Origin: an uncultured Pseudomonadales bacterium
GTDB lineage: Bacteria; Patescibacteriota; Microgenomatia; UBA1400; UBA1396
DNA length: 64,000 nt
NCBI GenBank assembly: GCA_964511175.1
Contig: CAZEEI010000005.1
Span: 3,416 to 67,415, forward strand
Direction: 5' to 3'
Shown here piece by piece: positions 55,469 to 64,000 of this stretch (position 1 is its first letter; each line of letters starts with the position of its first letter). The translations under genes were made by a program, and so were the position numbers. The notes below the pieces were generated by a model that saw nothing but the letters and a program-made list of their open reading frames with translations, made no database searches and was not told where the DNA came from.

Positions 55469-57241
55469 ATGGACACACACCCGTTTAACTTTCACCATCG
55501 CTCTCATCAAACCGTCTGGCTGGCAACGGCAATTGGTTTTTTGTTGACTGGACTGTTGGCTGCCTATTTGCTTTGGACGCGTTCGCCCCGCATCGTGCGC
55601 GGTGTCACTATTCAAGGCATTGCCGTGGCTGGTTTAACTCAAACCGAAGCCCGCCAAAAGTTGATTGCTGAACTTCCGGAACTGCCCAATCACCAAATAA
55701 AGGTATCCTCGGCCGACCAGGAATGGGCCACCGCGGCGGCTCAGCTGGGTTTACACCGCGACCTTGACACCGCCCTTAATCAAGCTGTGGCTCTAGGCCG
55801 ACACCAACTCTTACTCACCAGCCAATCCTTAGAGCGAGTTCAACTTTTAGCCACACCGCGCGACATCGCTATTCCCTGGTTACTGGATGATACCGCCGTG
55901 CGTGACTGGGTAGCTACGATTGCCGCTGAGGTTAATATCGAAGGCCAAGCACCGACCGTGAAACTTACTAAACAATCTTTTGTCATTGACCCAGGTATTT
56001 ATGGCCAACGGCTCCAAAACGAAGTTTTAATTCAAGATTTAAAAGATTACCCCCTCAACACAGCGGCACGGCCAGCACCGATTGAACCCACCCATATTCC
56101 CCTCACTCCCGACGCTCTTATTATGGCGGAAAAACGCCTGCAAGTTTTACGCTCGGCACGGCTAATTTTGCACCTTAGCGACGCTGAACCGGATCAGACC
56201 CTAACCGCGGTCGACTTCTTCCCTTGGGTTGAGTTGCCTTTGGGTTGGAACGCCGCGGCAATCGACCAGTATCTAACTAACCTGGCTTCTAAGGAAAACC
56301 AAGCGGCGGTCGACGCTATCTTCGAGTTGGACGAAACTCAGACCAAACTACAAAAATTCCAACCCGAACGTATTGGCCGCACACTTGATCAAGCCACTTT
56401 GCGGGAAACTCTACTGCACCAACTACTGCTGATCGAACAGGGTCAGGCCGAAGCCAAACCGACCGTCGCTGTACCATGGCAAACGCTTGAGCCAGCCGTC
56501 AAGTTGGCCGATCTGAATACATTAGGTGTTAACGAACGCCTGGGAGTGGGTGATTCTACCTTCTTTCACTCCATTCCTAACCGGGTTGATAACGTTGCCT
56601 TAACCAGCCGCCGCCTCCACGCCACTCTGGTGCCGCCAGGAGAAGAATTTTCCTTCAACCGAGCGGTGGGCGAAATCAGCCGTCAAACCGGCTACAAGCC
56701 GGCCTACATTATTGCCGAAGGACGCACTATCTTGGGCGACGGCGGCGGCGTTTGCCAAGTAAGCACTACTACTTTCCGAGCCATGCTCAGCGCCGGTTTA
56801 CCAATTACCCAGTGGAAAGCCCATAGTTACCGCGTGGGCTACTACGAGCAGAACATGAAACCGGGTTTTGATGCTACGGTTTACTCTCCCAGCGGCGATC
56901 TGCGCTTCCGCAATGACACCGACCATTACGTGGCTTTAGCCACTATTATTGATGTTGATAATCGCCACCTAACTATCGAAATTTGGGGCACTAGCGACGG
57001 CCGCCAAGCCACTACTAGCAATTACCAGATTAGCAATCAAACTGGTGCGCCGGCGCCGGCCTATCTACCCGATCCTACTTTGCCCAAAGGAACAACGCGG
57101 CAGATCGATTGGTCTGCCCCAGGAGCCACTACTCGTTTTACCTACACGGTCACCGACCAAAACGGCGCCACTACTTTTCAACGTGAATTTGTCAGTCACT
57201 TCCAAGCCTGGCGGGCCGTCTACCTCGTCGGCACCCAATAA
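55469..57241 (+). CDS. VanW family protein with peptidoglycan-binding repeats
   Basis: PGEEFSFN, GGGVCQVSTT, HSYRVGYY, DATVY and DLRFRNDT motifs. Confidence 0.92.
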   Translation: MDTHPFNFHHRSHQTVWLATAIGFLLTGLLAAYLLWTRSPRIVRGVTIQGIAVAGLTQTEARQKLIAELPELPNHQIKVSSADQEWATAAAQLGLHRDLDTALNQAVALGRHQLLLTSQSLERVQLLATPRDIAIPWLLDDTAVRDWVATIAAEVNIEGQAPTVKLTKQSFVIDPGIYGQRLQNEVLIQDLKDYPLNTAARPAPIEPTHIPLTPDALIMAEKRLQVLRSARLILHLSDAEPDQTLTAVDFFPWVELPLGWNAAAIDQYLTNLASKENQAAVDAIFELDETQTKLQKFQPERIGRTLDQATLRETLLHQLLLIEQGQAEAKPTVAVPWQTLEPAVKLADLNTLGVNERLGVGDSTFFHSIPNRVDNVALTSRRLHATLVPPGEEFSFNRAVGEISRQTGYKPAYIIAEGRTILGDGGGVCQVSTTTFRAMLSAGLPITQWKAHSYRVGYYEQNMKPGFDATVYSPSGDLRFRNDTDHYVALATIIDVDNRHLTIEIWGTSDGRQATTSNYQISNQTGAPAPAYLPDPTLPKGTTRQIDWSAPGATTRFTYTVTDQNGATTFQREFVSHFQAWRAVYLVGTQ

Positions 57242-57264
57242 AGAAGGTACAATAGAGAAACATT

Positions 57265-58296
57265 ATGCCGCTAGTCCTAGGTGTACTCATTTTTAGCTTC
57301 TGCGTCACTAGTGCGTTTATTGTGCCTTTCATTAATGCTCTTTATCACTTTAAGTTCCAGCGCCGGAAGCAAATGACCACCGACACTTTTGGCGAACGGG
57401 CCACTATCTTTGATACTTTTCACGCTCACAAGGCTGGTGTACCGGTGGGCGGTGGCATTTTGATTATTGCGGTGATTTTAAGTATTTTTGCCTTAATTTT
57501 TCCAGCTCTGCGCTGGCTGGGTATTAATGTTACTAATGTTTACCCTCTGAAGGCGGAAATTACGATTTTATTCTTCTCCTTTCTTTCGTTTGGTTCGATT
57601 GGTCTTTATGATGACATTAAGAAGTTCTTTGGTATTAAAAAATCCAAATTTTTCGGCTTACGGTGGCGGCATAAACTTTGGCTGCAGGTAGCCAGCGCCG
57701 CTGCCCTGGGATCCATGATGTACTTCTGGCTAGGCATCAACTTTATCCATATCCCATTCGTGGGACAGATTCAGCTTGGAGCCTGGTTTATTGCCTACGC
57801 CACTTTTGTGATTGTGGCCTTTGCTAACGCGGTCAATATTACCGATGGCCTGGATGGTCTGGCGGCTGGCGTGCTGCTGTTTTGTATGTTCGGTCTCTGG
57901 GTGCTGTCGGCCTCGATTCTGGATACAACTTTGTCGATTTTTGTCGCCCTAATTATTGGCTCGATTATCGCGTTTTTATACTTCAATATTTATCCAGCCC
58001 GATTATGGATGGGGGACGTGGGAGCGTTGGCGTTGGGCGCCAGTTTGGCGGTAATTGGTTTATTGCTAGGCAAAAGCATGGCGCTGGTAGTAATCGGCGG
58101 AATTTTTGTGGCCGAAATTGCGTCCAGTGCCGCACAGTTGCTATCCAAGCGTTTCCGTCACCGCAAGATTTTGCCGGTAGCCCCGCTTCATCTCTGGCTG
58201 CAATACGTCGGTTGGGAAGAACCTAAGATTGTGATGCGTGCCTGGGTAACCGGCATCATCTTGACTGCCATCGGCGTTTGGCTGGCCATGATTTAA
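57265..58296 (+). CDS. mraY: phospho-N-acetylmuramoyl-pentapeptide transferase
   Basis: HKAGVPVGGG, YDD, NAVNITDGLDGLA, MGDVG and APLH motifs. Confidence 0.95.
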   Translation: MPLVLGVLIFSFCVTSAFIVPFINALYHFKFQRRKQMTTDTFGERATIFDTFHAHKAGVPVGGGILIIAVILSIFALIFPALRWLGINVTNVYPLKAEITILFFSFLSFGSIGLYDDIKKFFGIKKSKFFGLRWRHKLWLQVASAAALGSMMYFWLGINFIHIPFVGQIQLGAWFIAYATFVIVAFANAVNITDGLDGLAAGVLLFCMFGLWVLSASILDTTLSIFVALIIGSIIAFLYFNIYPARLWMGDVGALALGASLAVIGLLLGKSMALVVIGGIFVAEIASSAAQLLSKRFRHRKILPVAPLHLWLQYVGWEEPKIVMRAWVTGIILTAIGVWLAMI

Positions 58297-58309
58297 GGAA
58301 AGGAAACTT

Positions 58310-58699
58310 ATGTCTGATAAAGAAAAAAAGGAAAAAGGTCGCCCCTTTTTATCTCTTAGTGTTAAGGAAAGTGTTTTGCTCCTTGATCCTCTAGGTAATG
58401 ATCTTCTTCAACTTACCGATTACGAAGTATATGGACGGTTGCTGCCGGAAACAATTGATTTCCTTAACCAAAAACGCCAACTTTATATTCGGCTCGCCCG
58501 CGCCATCAGAACAGTTAATCAGTTAACGATCGAGCAAAAACTGAGTATGGGTTTAGTCGATCTATTAACCGAAACTGAACTGGAGCGGATTACTGCGGCA
58601 ACACAGCCGGGAAAATTACAGCTAAACAACCGAAACTATGCTCTCTATGCTGAGTATTTTTTGGCACAGAAAAGAGCGGAGTACGAATCGCCGCGCTAG
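58310..58699 (+). CDS. hypothetical protein
   Basis: 129-aa orphan with GGAAAGGAAA RBS. Confidence 0.6.
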   Translation: MSDKEKKEKGRPFLSLSVKESVLLLDPLGNDLLQLTDYEVYGRLLPETIDFLNQKRQLYIRLARAIRTVNQLTIEQKLSMGLVDLLTETELERITAATQPGKLQLNNRNYALYAEYFLAQKRAEYESPR

Positions 58700-58701
58700 T
58701 T

Positions 58702-60462
58702 TTATTTGACCGTAACGCTTTTGGCCAAATTCCGCGGCCGATCAGGATTATTGCCCCGTAAAATGGCCAGGTGGTAGGCCAGCAGCTGGCTGAAGAGCGC
58801 GGCGGCGGCGAGTTGAGCCAAAGGTTCTTCCGGCAAGATAATGGATCGGTCAAATACCGCATCCGATTGGGTTGCGATCCCCACGAGCCAGCCGCCGCGC
58901 GCTTTTAACTCCAGCGCCGTGGTTATCGTTTCCGTCTGCTGTTGAGCCGAACCAAATAACAAGCACGGCACTCCCGCCTCAATTAAGGCCAAAGTTCCGT
59001 GTTTTAACTCACCGGCTGCCATCGCTTCTGCGTGCAAATAACTAATCTCTTTAATCTTCAGAGCTGCTTCTAAGGCGATCGGTAAAAATGAACCACGCCC
59101 TAACAAAAAAAGATTAGGTTGATTGGTCAGTTCTTTGGCTAATTGTTCGATTTTACCCAGCCAAATTTGATCCCGTAGTAAGCTGTCCAATACCTCTGCT
59201 GCTGCTTCAACCGAACACTTTCCTGCGGAGAAGTGGCCGCTAATCATCTGGGATAACCAAAAAAGCAGAGCCATTTTAGCCATGAAGGCTTTAGTCGAAG
59301 CCACCGCTTTTTCCCGACCGGCCGCTAATTGTAATTTAAGGTCGGCCATCCGGTCTAAGGTTGACCAGGGGGAGTTGGTAATAGCGATCACCTTGGCGCC
59401 GCGCGCCTGCCACTGGATCAACGGCTCAACCACATCAATAGTTTCACCACTCTGAGAAAGTACAACTACTACTGTTCCCTCGGCGATGAAACGTGTGAAA
59501 GAAGACGCCTCACTCGCTAAAATCGTACGGGAAGCAATGCCTTGGGCTGCTAAAAATTGTTCACCAAGTAGAGCGGCGTGCCAGGCTGTTCCGCAAGCTA
59601 GGAAGTAAATTGCCGGTGCTTTGACTAGGCGATCAACTACCGGTTGCAGTTCTGTCTCAGCGCGCTGACTCAGACGATGAAGTACTGTCGGTTGTTGGTT
59701 AATTTCGCGCAACATTTGGTGGGGGAAACGACCATCATCTTGATCAATCGTATCGGCCGATATTTGACGCCATACCGGCATTATCACTTCTCCCGATTCT
59801 TGGTAAAACCAAGCTTGCTCGGCCGATAATTGAGCCAACTGGCCATCGGCTAGAAATAAGACTTGGTTAGTCAAACTGGCCAGCGCGGCGCCGTCAGAAG
59901 CCACTGCGTAACCATCGGCCAAACGACCTACGGCTAAAGGGGAACCGCGTCGCCCTAAAAATAGGCGCCGCGCGCGCAAGGCCAGCAGTACCACCGCATT
60001 CAAACCGGTCAACCGTGACCACGTCTGTTGCCAGGCTTGCCAAACATCCCCACACTGCTGGTAGTTGGCCACCATTAAGTGAACAATCACTTCGGAGTCG
60101 GTTTCGGAACGGAAACTGTATCCCTGATTTTGCAATTCCTCACGCAGCAACAAAAAGTTTTCAACAATACCGTTATGAACTACGGCAAATTGGCCGTCCG
60201 CACTCAAATGCGGATGGGCGTTAGCTACGGTTACGCCGCCGTGGGTAGCCCAACGGGTATGGCCGATACCCAATTGGGTAGGTTGCCAATGCAAAGATTC
60301 CACTTTAATCGGCCCCACTTCTTTGTGTGTCTCCAACCGACCATTTTGTTCGACAGTCACGCCCCAGGAGTCATAACCCCGGTACTCCAAATCCCGCAAT
60401 CCAGCCAAGATTTCGTCAGCGGGATGTTTTTTACTGGTCACTAAACCAAAGATGCCGCACAT
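58702..60462 (-). CDS. glmS: glutamine--fructose-6-phosphate transaminase
   Basis: MCGIFG, LEYRGYDS, GHTRWATHG, SQSGET, ASTKAF and PRNLAKSVTV motifs. Confidence 0.98.
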   Translation of the reverse strand: MCGIFGLVTSKKHPADEILAGLRDLEYRGYDSWGVTVEQNGRLETHKEVGPIKVESLHWQPTQLGIGHTRWATHGGVTVANAHPHLSADGQFAVVHNGIVENFLLLREELQNQGYSFRSETDSEVIVHLMVANYQQCGDVWQAWQQTWSRLTGLNAVVLLALRARRLFLGRRGSPLAVGRLADGYAVASDGAALASLTNQVLFLADGQLAQLSAEQAWFYQESGEVIMPVWRQISADTIDQDDGRFPHQMLREINQQPTVLHRLSQRAETELQPVVDRLVKAPAIYFLACGTAWHAALLGEQFLAAQGIASRTILASEASSFTRFIAEGTVVVVLSQSGETIDVVEPLIQWQARGAKVIAITNSPWSTLDRMADLKLQLAAGREKAVASTKAFMAKMALLFWLSQMISGHFSAGKCSVEAAAEVLDSLLRDQIWLGKIEQLAKELTNQPNLFLLGRGSFLPIALEAALKIKEISYLHAEAMAAGELKHGTLALIEAGVPCLLFGSAQQQTETITTALELKARGGWLVGIATQSDAVFDRSIILPEEPLAQLAAAALFSQLLAYHLAILRGNNPDRPRNLAKSVTVK

Positions 60463-60516
60463 GTCGACCTTTCTTTTTTCGCTTAATCAGAAAACCGAAG
60501 CAGTTGCTTCGGACAG

Positions 60517-60709
60517 TGTGATCAAAGACTTTGTTCCAGCGTTTACACGCTGGCTTTAATCCTGATCTCAGTTGGTGGACTGCCAACCACCAGAGGGTCT
60601 CCGCTGATGCTCGCTTTCGCCACGGAAAGCGGTCCGATCACGCTTTAGGGTGTAACCCTCCAGGCGTATCCCTCCTCCTCGTTACCCGCCAATTGGCGGG
60701 CCAGACGCT
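60517..60709 (-). ncRNA. glmS ribozyme (variant with internal insertion)
   Basis: Minus strand A|GCGTCTGG, P1 CCCGCC-aatt-GGCGGG, TAACGAGGAGGAGGG, then GAGCATCAGCGGAGACCCTC, GGTGG/CCACC, AAAGCCAGCG-tgtaaa-CGCTGG-AACAAA and GATCAC; directly upstream of glmS; TGTGTATAAT promoter near 60770. Confidence 0.85.
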
Positions 60710-60787
60710 CGTCAAAAGTGTGATTTAGGGAGGCCTCCTTTCGCTATGATTGGTCTCATTATACACATTACCGACTTCTTTTTTGGC

Positions 60788-60827
60788 TGCTCAGTTTATT
60801 TGTACATATGTACAAATAAATCGAACA
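60788..60827. promoter_or_regulatory. 40-bp palindromic element, copy 2 (putative operator)
   Basis: TGCTC-agttt-ATTTGTACATATGTACAAAT-aaatc-GAACA; perfect 26-bp palindrome at 60795-60820; 24 nt identical to 40977-41000. Confidence 0.7.
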
Positions 60828-60908
60828 TGCTGACGTAATAATTACGACCGATTTATATGCTAGTGAGTGTGTTAGAATAACCGAAAACTTATCGCTTGAA
60901 AGGAAAAT

Positions 60909-61289
60909 ATGGGTCGCACTCCTCATAGTAGTAGCCGTGAAAATGTAGAATCTACTCTTCAGGACAGTATGAACCTCCGGGATGCACTCTTGACTTTAGG
61001 CGCGGAGCAGCGCCTCCTTTCTATGCACCCTGTTCCTGAAGAAGCGGTGACAATGGCCATCCATCAAATTACTAGGAATAAAAATCGTTTACAGGCCATG
61101 GCCGATTTACAAATCCTTCATAACATTGCTACAAATCTCTTGCGAATGTTCGAAACCACCGAATATTTAAGTCTTTTCCCACATTATAATCGACTGTGGA
61201 ACATCATCAATGATGCTCGCGCTCTTACTCAACTAGGAGATGACTATCGCGTCGAATTGACGCGTCGTGGCGCTAAAAATCCGCGCTAA
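60909..61289 (+). CDS. hypothetical protein, paralog of the next gene
   Basis: HPV, MADLQIL and LFPHYNRLWNII motifs; TGTGTTAGAAT promoter and GAAAGGAAA RBS. Confidence 0.7.
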   Translation: MGRTPHSSSRENVESTLQDSMNLRDALLTLGAEQRLLSMHPVPEEAVTMAIHQITRNKNRLQAMADLQILHNIATNLLRMFETTEYLSLFPHYNRLWNIINDARALTQLGDDYRVELTRRGAKNPR

Positions 61290-61355
61290 CACTTGACCAC
61301 TAGATGGTGTGTTTGTGTTAGAATGATCGACAAAGCCAAAGATTGGAGCTAAATT

Positions 61356-61685
61356 ATGGCGCGTATCCTAAATCAAGAAACTACCTTTTCGCCGGAAATT
61401 CTTGCGGGCTGGGGTATAAAACCGGAATCACTCAGTCATCCCATCACAACTGAGACTATTCAGCAAATTGTTGCGCGGATACGGCTACAACAAGACCCTG
61501 CTTGTGTTATGGCTGATTTACAAACTCTGCAGACTCATATCGAAAAGATAAAAGGTCGGTATGATGATGACGATGACGATGATGTTCGCCAAAAAATTTT
61601 TGATCACTACACCGATCTCTGGCTTATTGTTTTTGACACCATGGAAGCTTTGCAGGAAATCGAAACTCCTAATACTTTAAGATAA
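61356..61685 (+). CDS. hypothetical protein, paralog of the previous gene
   Basis: HPI, MADLQTL and IFDHYTDLWLIV motifs; TGTGTTAGAAT promoter and GGAG RBS. Confidence 0.7.
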   Translation: MARILNQETTFSPEILAGWGIKPESLSHPITTETIQQIVARIRLQQDPACVMADLQTLQTHIEKIKGRYDDDDDDDVRQKIFDHYTDLWLIVFDTMEALQEIETPNTLR

Positions 61686-61716
61686 GGACCAAAAACCAGC
61701 GTATACTGAGGCTGAG

Positions 61717-63054
61717 ATGACCGTCTGGGAGCGCTTTCAACAAGAAGTTAAGGGCAAACGTGTCCTAGTGTTCGGCTTGGGCATCCAGGGTGGGGGAGTA
61801 GCCGCAGCCAATACTCTCGTCCAGGCTGGCGCGGTGATGCGCGCTACTGATCAACAGCCGGCCAAACAACTAGGTGAAGCATTAACTCAACTGGATCACT
61901 CGATCGAAGGCACTTACGGCGAACACCGTAAGTCAGATATCGATTGGGCCGACATCGTCTTAAAAAATCCCGCTGTGCCATTTACCCATCCCTTAATCAA
62001 ACAGGCCCAAGCCGCTGGCAAATTAGTCTTAACTGAAACCGCTTGGGCTCTGCAGTACCTGCGCGACCAAACGATCGGCGTCACCGGTACCCGCGGCAAA
62101 ACCACCACCAGTCATTTGATTGCGGCCATCCTGACGGCCAGCGGCCAACCGACTTTACTGGGTGGCAACATTCCGCAGCAACCCGCTCTTTCCCTGTTGC
62201 CTAAAGTCACTGCTGACACTGCCGTTGTGCTGGAAATTTCTTCTTTTCATCTCGAATCAAGTGATCGGCAGCAAGTTTCGCCCCGCTACGCCGTTGTCAC
62301 CAACCTTTATCCTGACCACCTTAACCGCTATACTTCACTAACTGAATATGCGCAGGCTAAAGCGGCGATTTTTGCTTGGCAAAAAGCCGGAGATCACGCT
62401 TTTTACGGCAAACATCACCCTTGGTCGGACACCCTAGCAAAAGCCATTCAGCCAGGAGTGCAAGCTCATGTTTTAACCGCAGCCGATTTTGCCGCTGCCG
62501 CGTCTTATGACACTCACTTACCAGGCGAACATAATCGCGAAAATATGGCCTTTGCCATAGCGGTAACCCAAGCTTGGGGAATTGCTGAACCCTTGATTAG
62601 GGCGGCGATCGCTAATTTCACCGGCGTGCCGTTCCGTCTGCAAACGGTGGGTCGGGTAGGGAAAATTGAGTTCATTAACGACACTACTGCTACGACACCG
62701 GTTGCTTTGGAAAAAGCCCTGGACACCATGACCGAACCTTTTGTTCTCATCGTTGGTGGTGCCACTAAACATCTACCACTGGAAGCTAACTTGCTAACTA
62801 AATTGCGGGAAAAACCTAGTGCGATCATTTGGCTGGCCGGTTCGGGCACAGACGAACTACAGTCGGCTTTAGGATTAAATAACATCCGGGCAACCACAGC
62901 TCTGCCGCTGGCCGTCAGCCAAGCGTTAGAACAGGCTAAGCAAAATGGTGCCACTAAGATTCTCTTTTCGCCTGGTTTTACTTCTTTCGAATTCTTCCGT
63001 AACGAGTTTGACCGCGGCGAACAATTTAACCAAGCTGTACAGGCTTATACCTAA
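61717..63054 (+). CDS. murD: UDP-N-acetylmuramoyl-L-alanine--D-glutamate ligase
   Basis: GVTGTRGKTTT, GGNI, LEISSF, DHLNRY, INDTTAT and FSPGFTSF motifs. Confidence 0.95.
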   Translation: MTVWERFQQEVKGKRVLVFGLGIQGGGVAAANTLVQAGAVMRATDQQPAKQLGEALTQLDHSIEGTYGEHRKSDIDWADIVLKNPAVPFTHPLIKQAQAAGKLVLTETAWALQYLRDQTIGVTGTRGKTTTSHLIAAILTASGQPTLLGGNIPQQPALSLLPKVTADTAVVLEISSFHLESSDRQQVSPRYAVVTNLYPDHLNRYTSLTEYAQAKAAIFAWQKAGDHAFYGKHHPWSDTLAKAIQPGVQAHVLTAADFAAAASYDTHLPGEHNRENMAFAIAVTQAWGIAEPLIRAAIANFTGVPFRLQTVGRVGKIEFINDTTATTPVALEKALDTMTEPFVLIVGGATKHLPLEANLLTKLREKPSAIIWLAGSGTDELQSALGLNNIRATTALPLAVSQALEQAKQNGATKILFSPGFTSFEFFRNEFDRGEQFNQAVQAYT

Positions 63055-63057
63055 ACC

Positions 63058-64000
63058 ATGATGAAAATCGGCACCGGCTGGCTCCAACCCTGGCGTTTTT
63101 TTGGCCTAGTGATGGCCATTTCCTTTTTTGGGCTGGTGTTAATCTACGATGTTTCAGTGGCCGAAAGTCTGCAGACTTTCGGCCACCCCTGGTATTTCGC
63201 CGCCCGCCACTTGGCTTGGATTGGCATTGGAGCAGTGGCCTTTCTCTTGGCCAGTTACGTTAAACCAGAATTATGGCAGAAAACAGCTGGGCTGGTTTTT
63301 CTGGGAGCGGTAGGACTCCTCATTGCCGTTCTTATTCCCGGCATCGGCCAGCGGGTGCAAGGCGCCCAGCGCTGGATTGTCATTGGCGGACACGTTCTCC
63401 AACCGTCTGAATTTGCCAAACTTGGCTTAGTTTTATTCTTCTCCTCTTGGTTGTCTAAACACCAGCGTTTTGTTCCCTTCCTGGTCTTTACCGGCTTACT
63501 GTTCGGTTTAATCCTCCTGCAACCTAACTTAAGCACGGCCTGTATTGTGGCTACCTTGGCCGCTACTTTGTACTTTCTGGGTGGTGGTAACCTCAAACCA
63601 CTGCTAGTATTTGGTTTGGTGGGAGTAGTGCTCTTAGCTGTTTTGATTTTGACAGTTCCGTACCGTCGACAACGCCTAACCACTTTCCTCAACCCAGCTA
63701 GTGATCCCCTGGGCAAGTCCTACCATATCCGCCAAATTACGATTGCTTTGGGCCGCGGTGGCCTCCTGGGGCAGGGGATTGGTTTATCTAAACAAAAACA
63801 GCAGTATATCCCCGAGGTTGCCAGCGATTCTATTTTTGCCATTTATGCGGAAGAGACAGGCTTTATTGGCTCAGTGGCTCTGATTGGCCTCTATGTTTGG
63901 CTGATCAATTTGGGCTATACCACGGCTAGTCAACAACCCACGCGTTTCCGCTCTTTGGTAGCCAGCGGCATTACCAGCTGGCTGACCCTGCACTTTATTT
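63058..64000 (+). CDS. ftsW: SEDS family peptidoglycan polymerase FtsW/RodA (partial; not in ORF track)
   Basis: Manual translation gives GAQRWIVIGGHVLQPSEFAKL, LQPNLST and YIPEVASDSIFAIYAEETG; follows murD. Confidence 0.92.
   Translation, partial: MMKIGTGWLQPWRFFGLVMAISFFGLVLIYDVSVAESLQTFGHPWYFAARHLAWIGIGAVAFLLASYVKPELWQKTAGLVFLGAVGLLIAVLIPGIGQRVQGAQRWIVIGGHVLQPSEFAKLGLVLFFSSWLSKHQRFVPFLVFTGLLFGLILLQPNLSTACIVATLAATLYFLGGGNLKPLLVFGLVGVVLLAVLILTVPYRRQRLTTFLNPASDPLGKSYHIRQITIALGRGGLLGQGIGLSKQKQQYIPEVASDSIFAIYAEETGFIGSVALIGLYVWLINLGYTTASQQPTRFRSLVASGITSWLTLHFI

Noticed and set aside
61562-61584. GAT/GAC microsatellite as a phase-variation tract
   Set aside because: In-frame mixed-codon poly-Asp; unit changes would not shift the frame
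1-64000. CRISPR array, rRNA, transposase, prophage or stop-codon recoding
   Set aside because: No repeat-spacer array or such genes were seen; conserved genes are full length under code 11 and TGA is used as a stop

Overview
Window from a small-genome, monoderm-type bacterium. It is most consistent with Patescibacteria/CPR (Microgenomates-like): genetic code 11, a type IV pilus cluster without secretin, PT-rich surface proteins, short PheT and many orphans. The backbone is housekeeping: tRNA-Val, infC-rpmI-rplT, pheST, class A PBP, recG, rpmF-nusB-acp-rnc-rpsP-khpA, a 16-gene type IV pilus locus, sufC/B/D, serS, pyrG, rplS, yidC, vanW, mraY, glmS, murD, ftsW. The most interesting feature is an AT-richer insert between rplT and pheS. 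It encodes a GNAT acyltransferase, an N-acylamino acid racemase (NSAR/OSBS) and an M20 deacylase, the three families of the D-to-L amino acid conversion route, plus two PLP enzymes. It also carries an unannotated Phe-rich leader peptide with a complete attenuator controlling an orphan gene. Other elements read directly from the DNA: a Ser T-box with an ultra-short stem I before serS; a glmS ribozyme with a large insertion; a 40-bp palindromic element present twice 20 kb apart, once at a Phd/YefM plus degenerate-PIN pair inside the suf locus; a TIR-domain gene at the left edge; a HEPN-like AT-rich islet; an unexplained 20-bp inverted repeat; and -10 boxes 6-9 nt before many start codons, suggesting leaderless mRNAs. 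All calls come from motif reading by eye; no searches were run.
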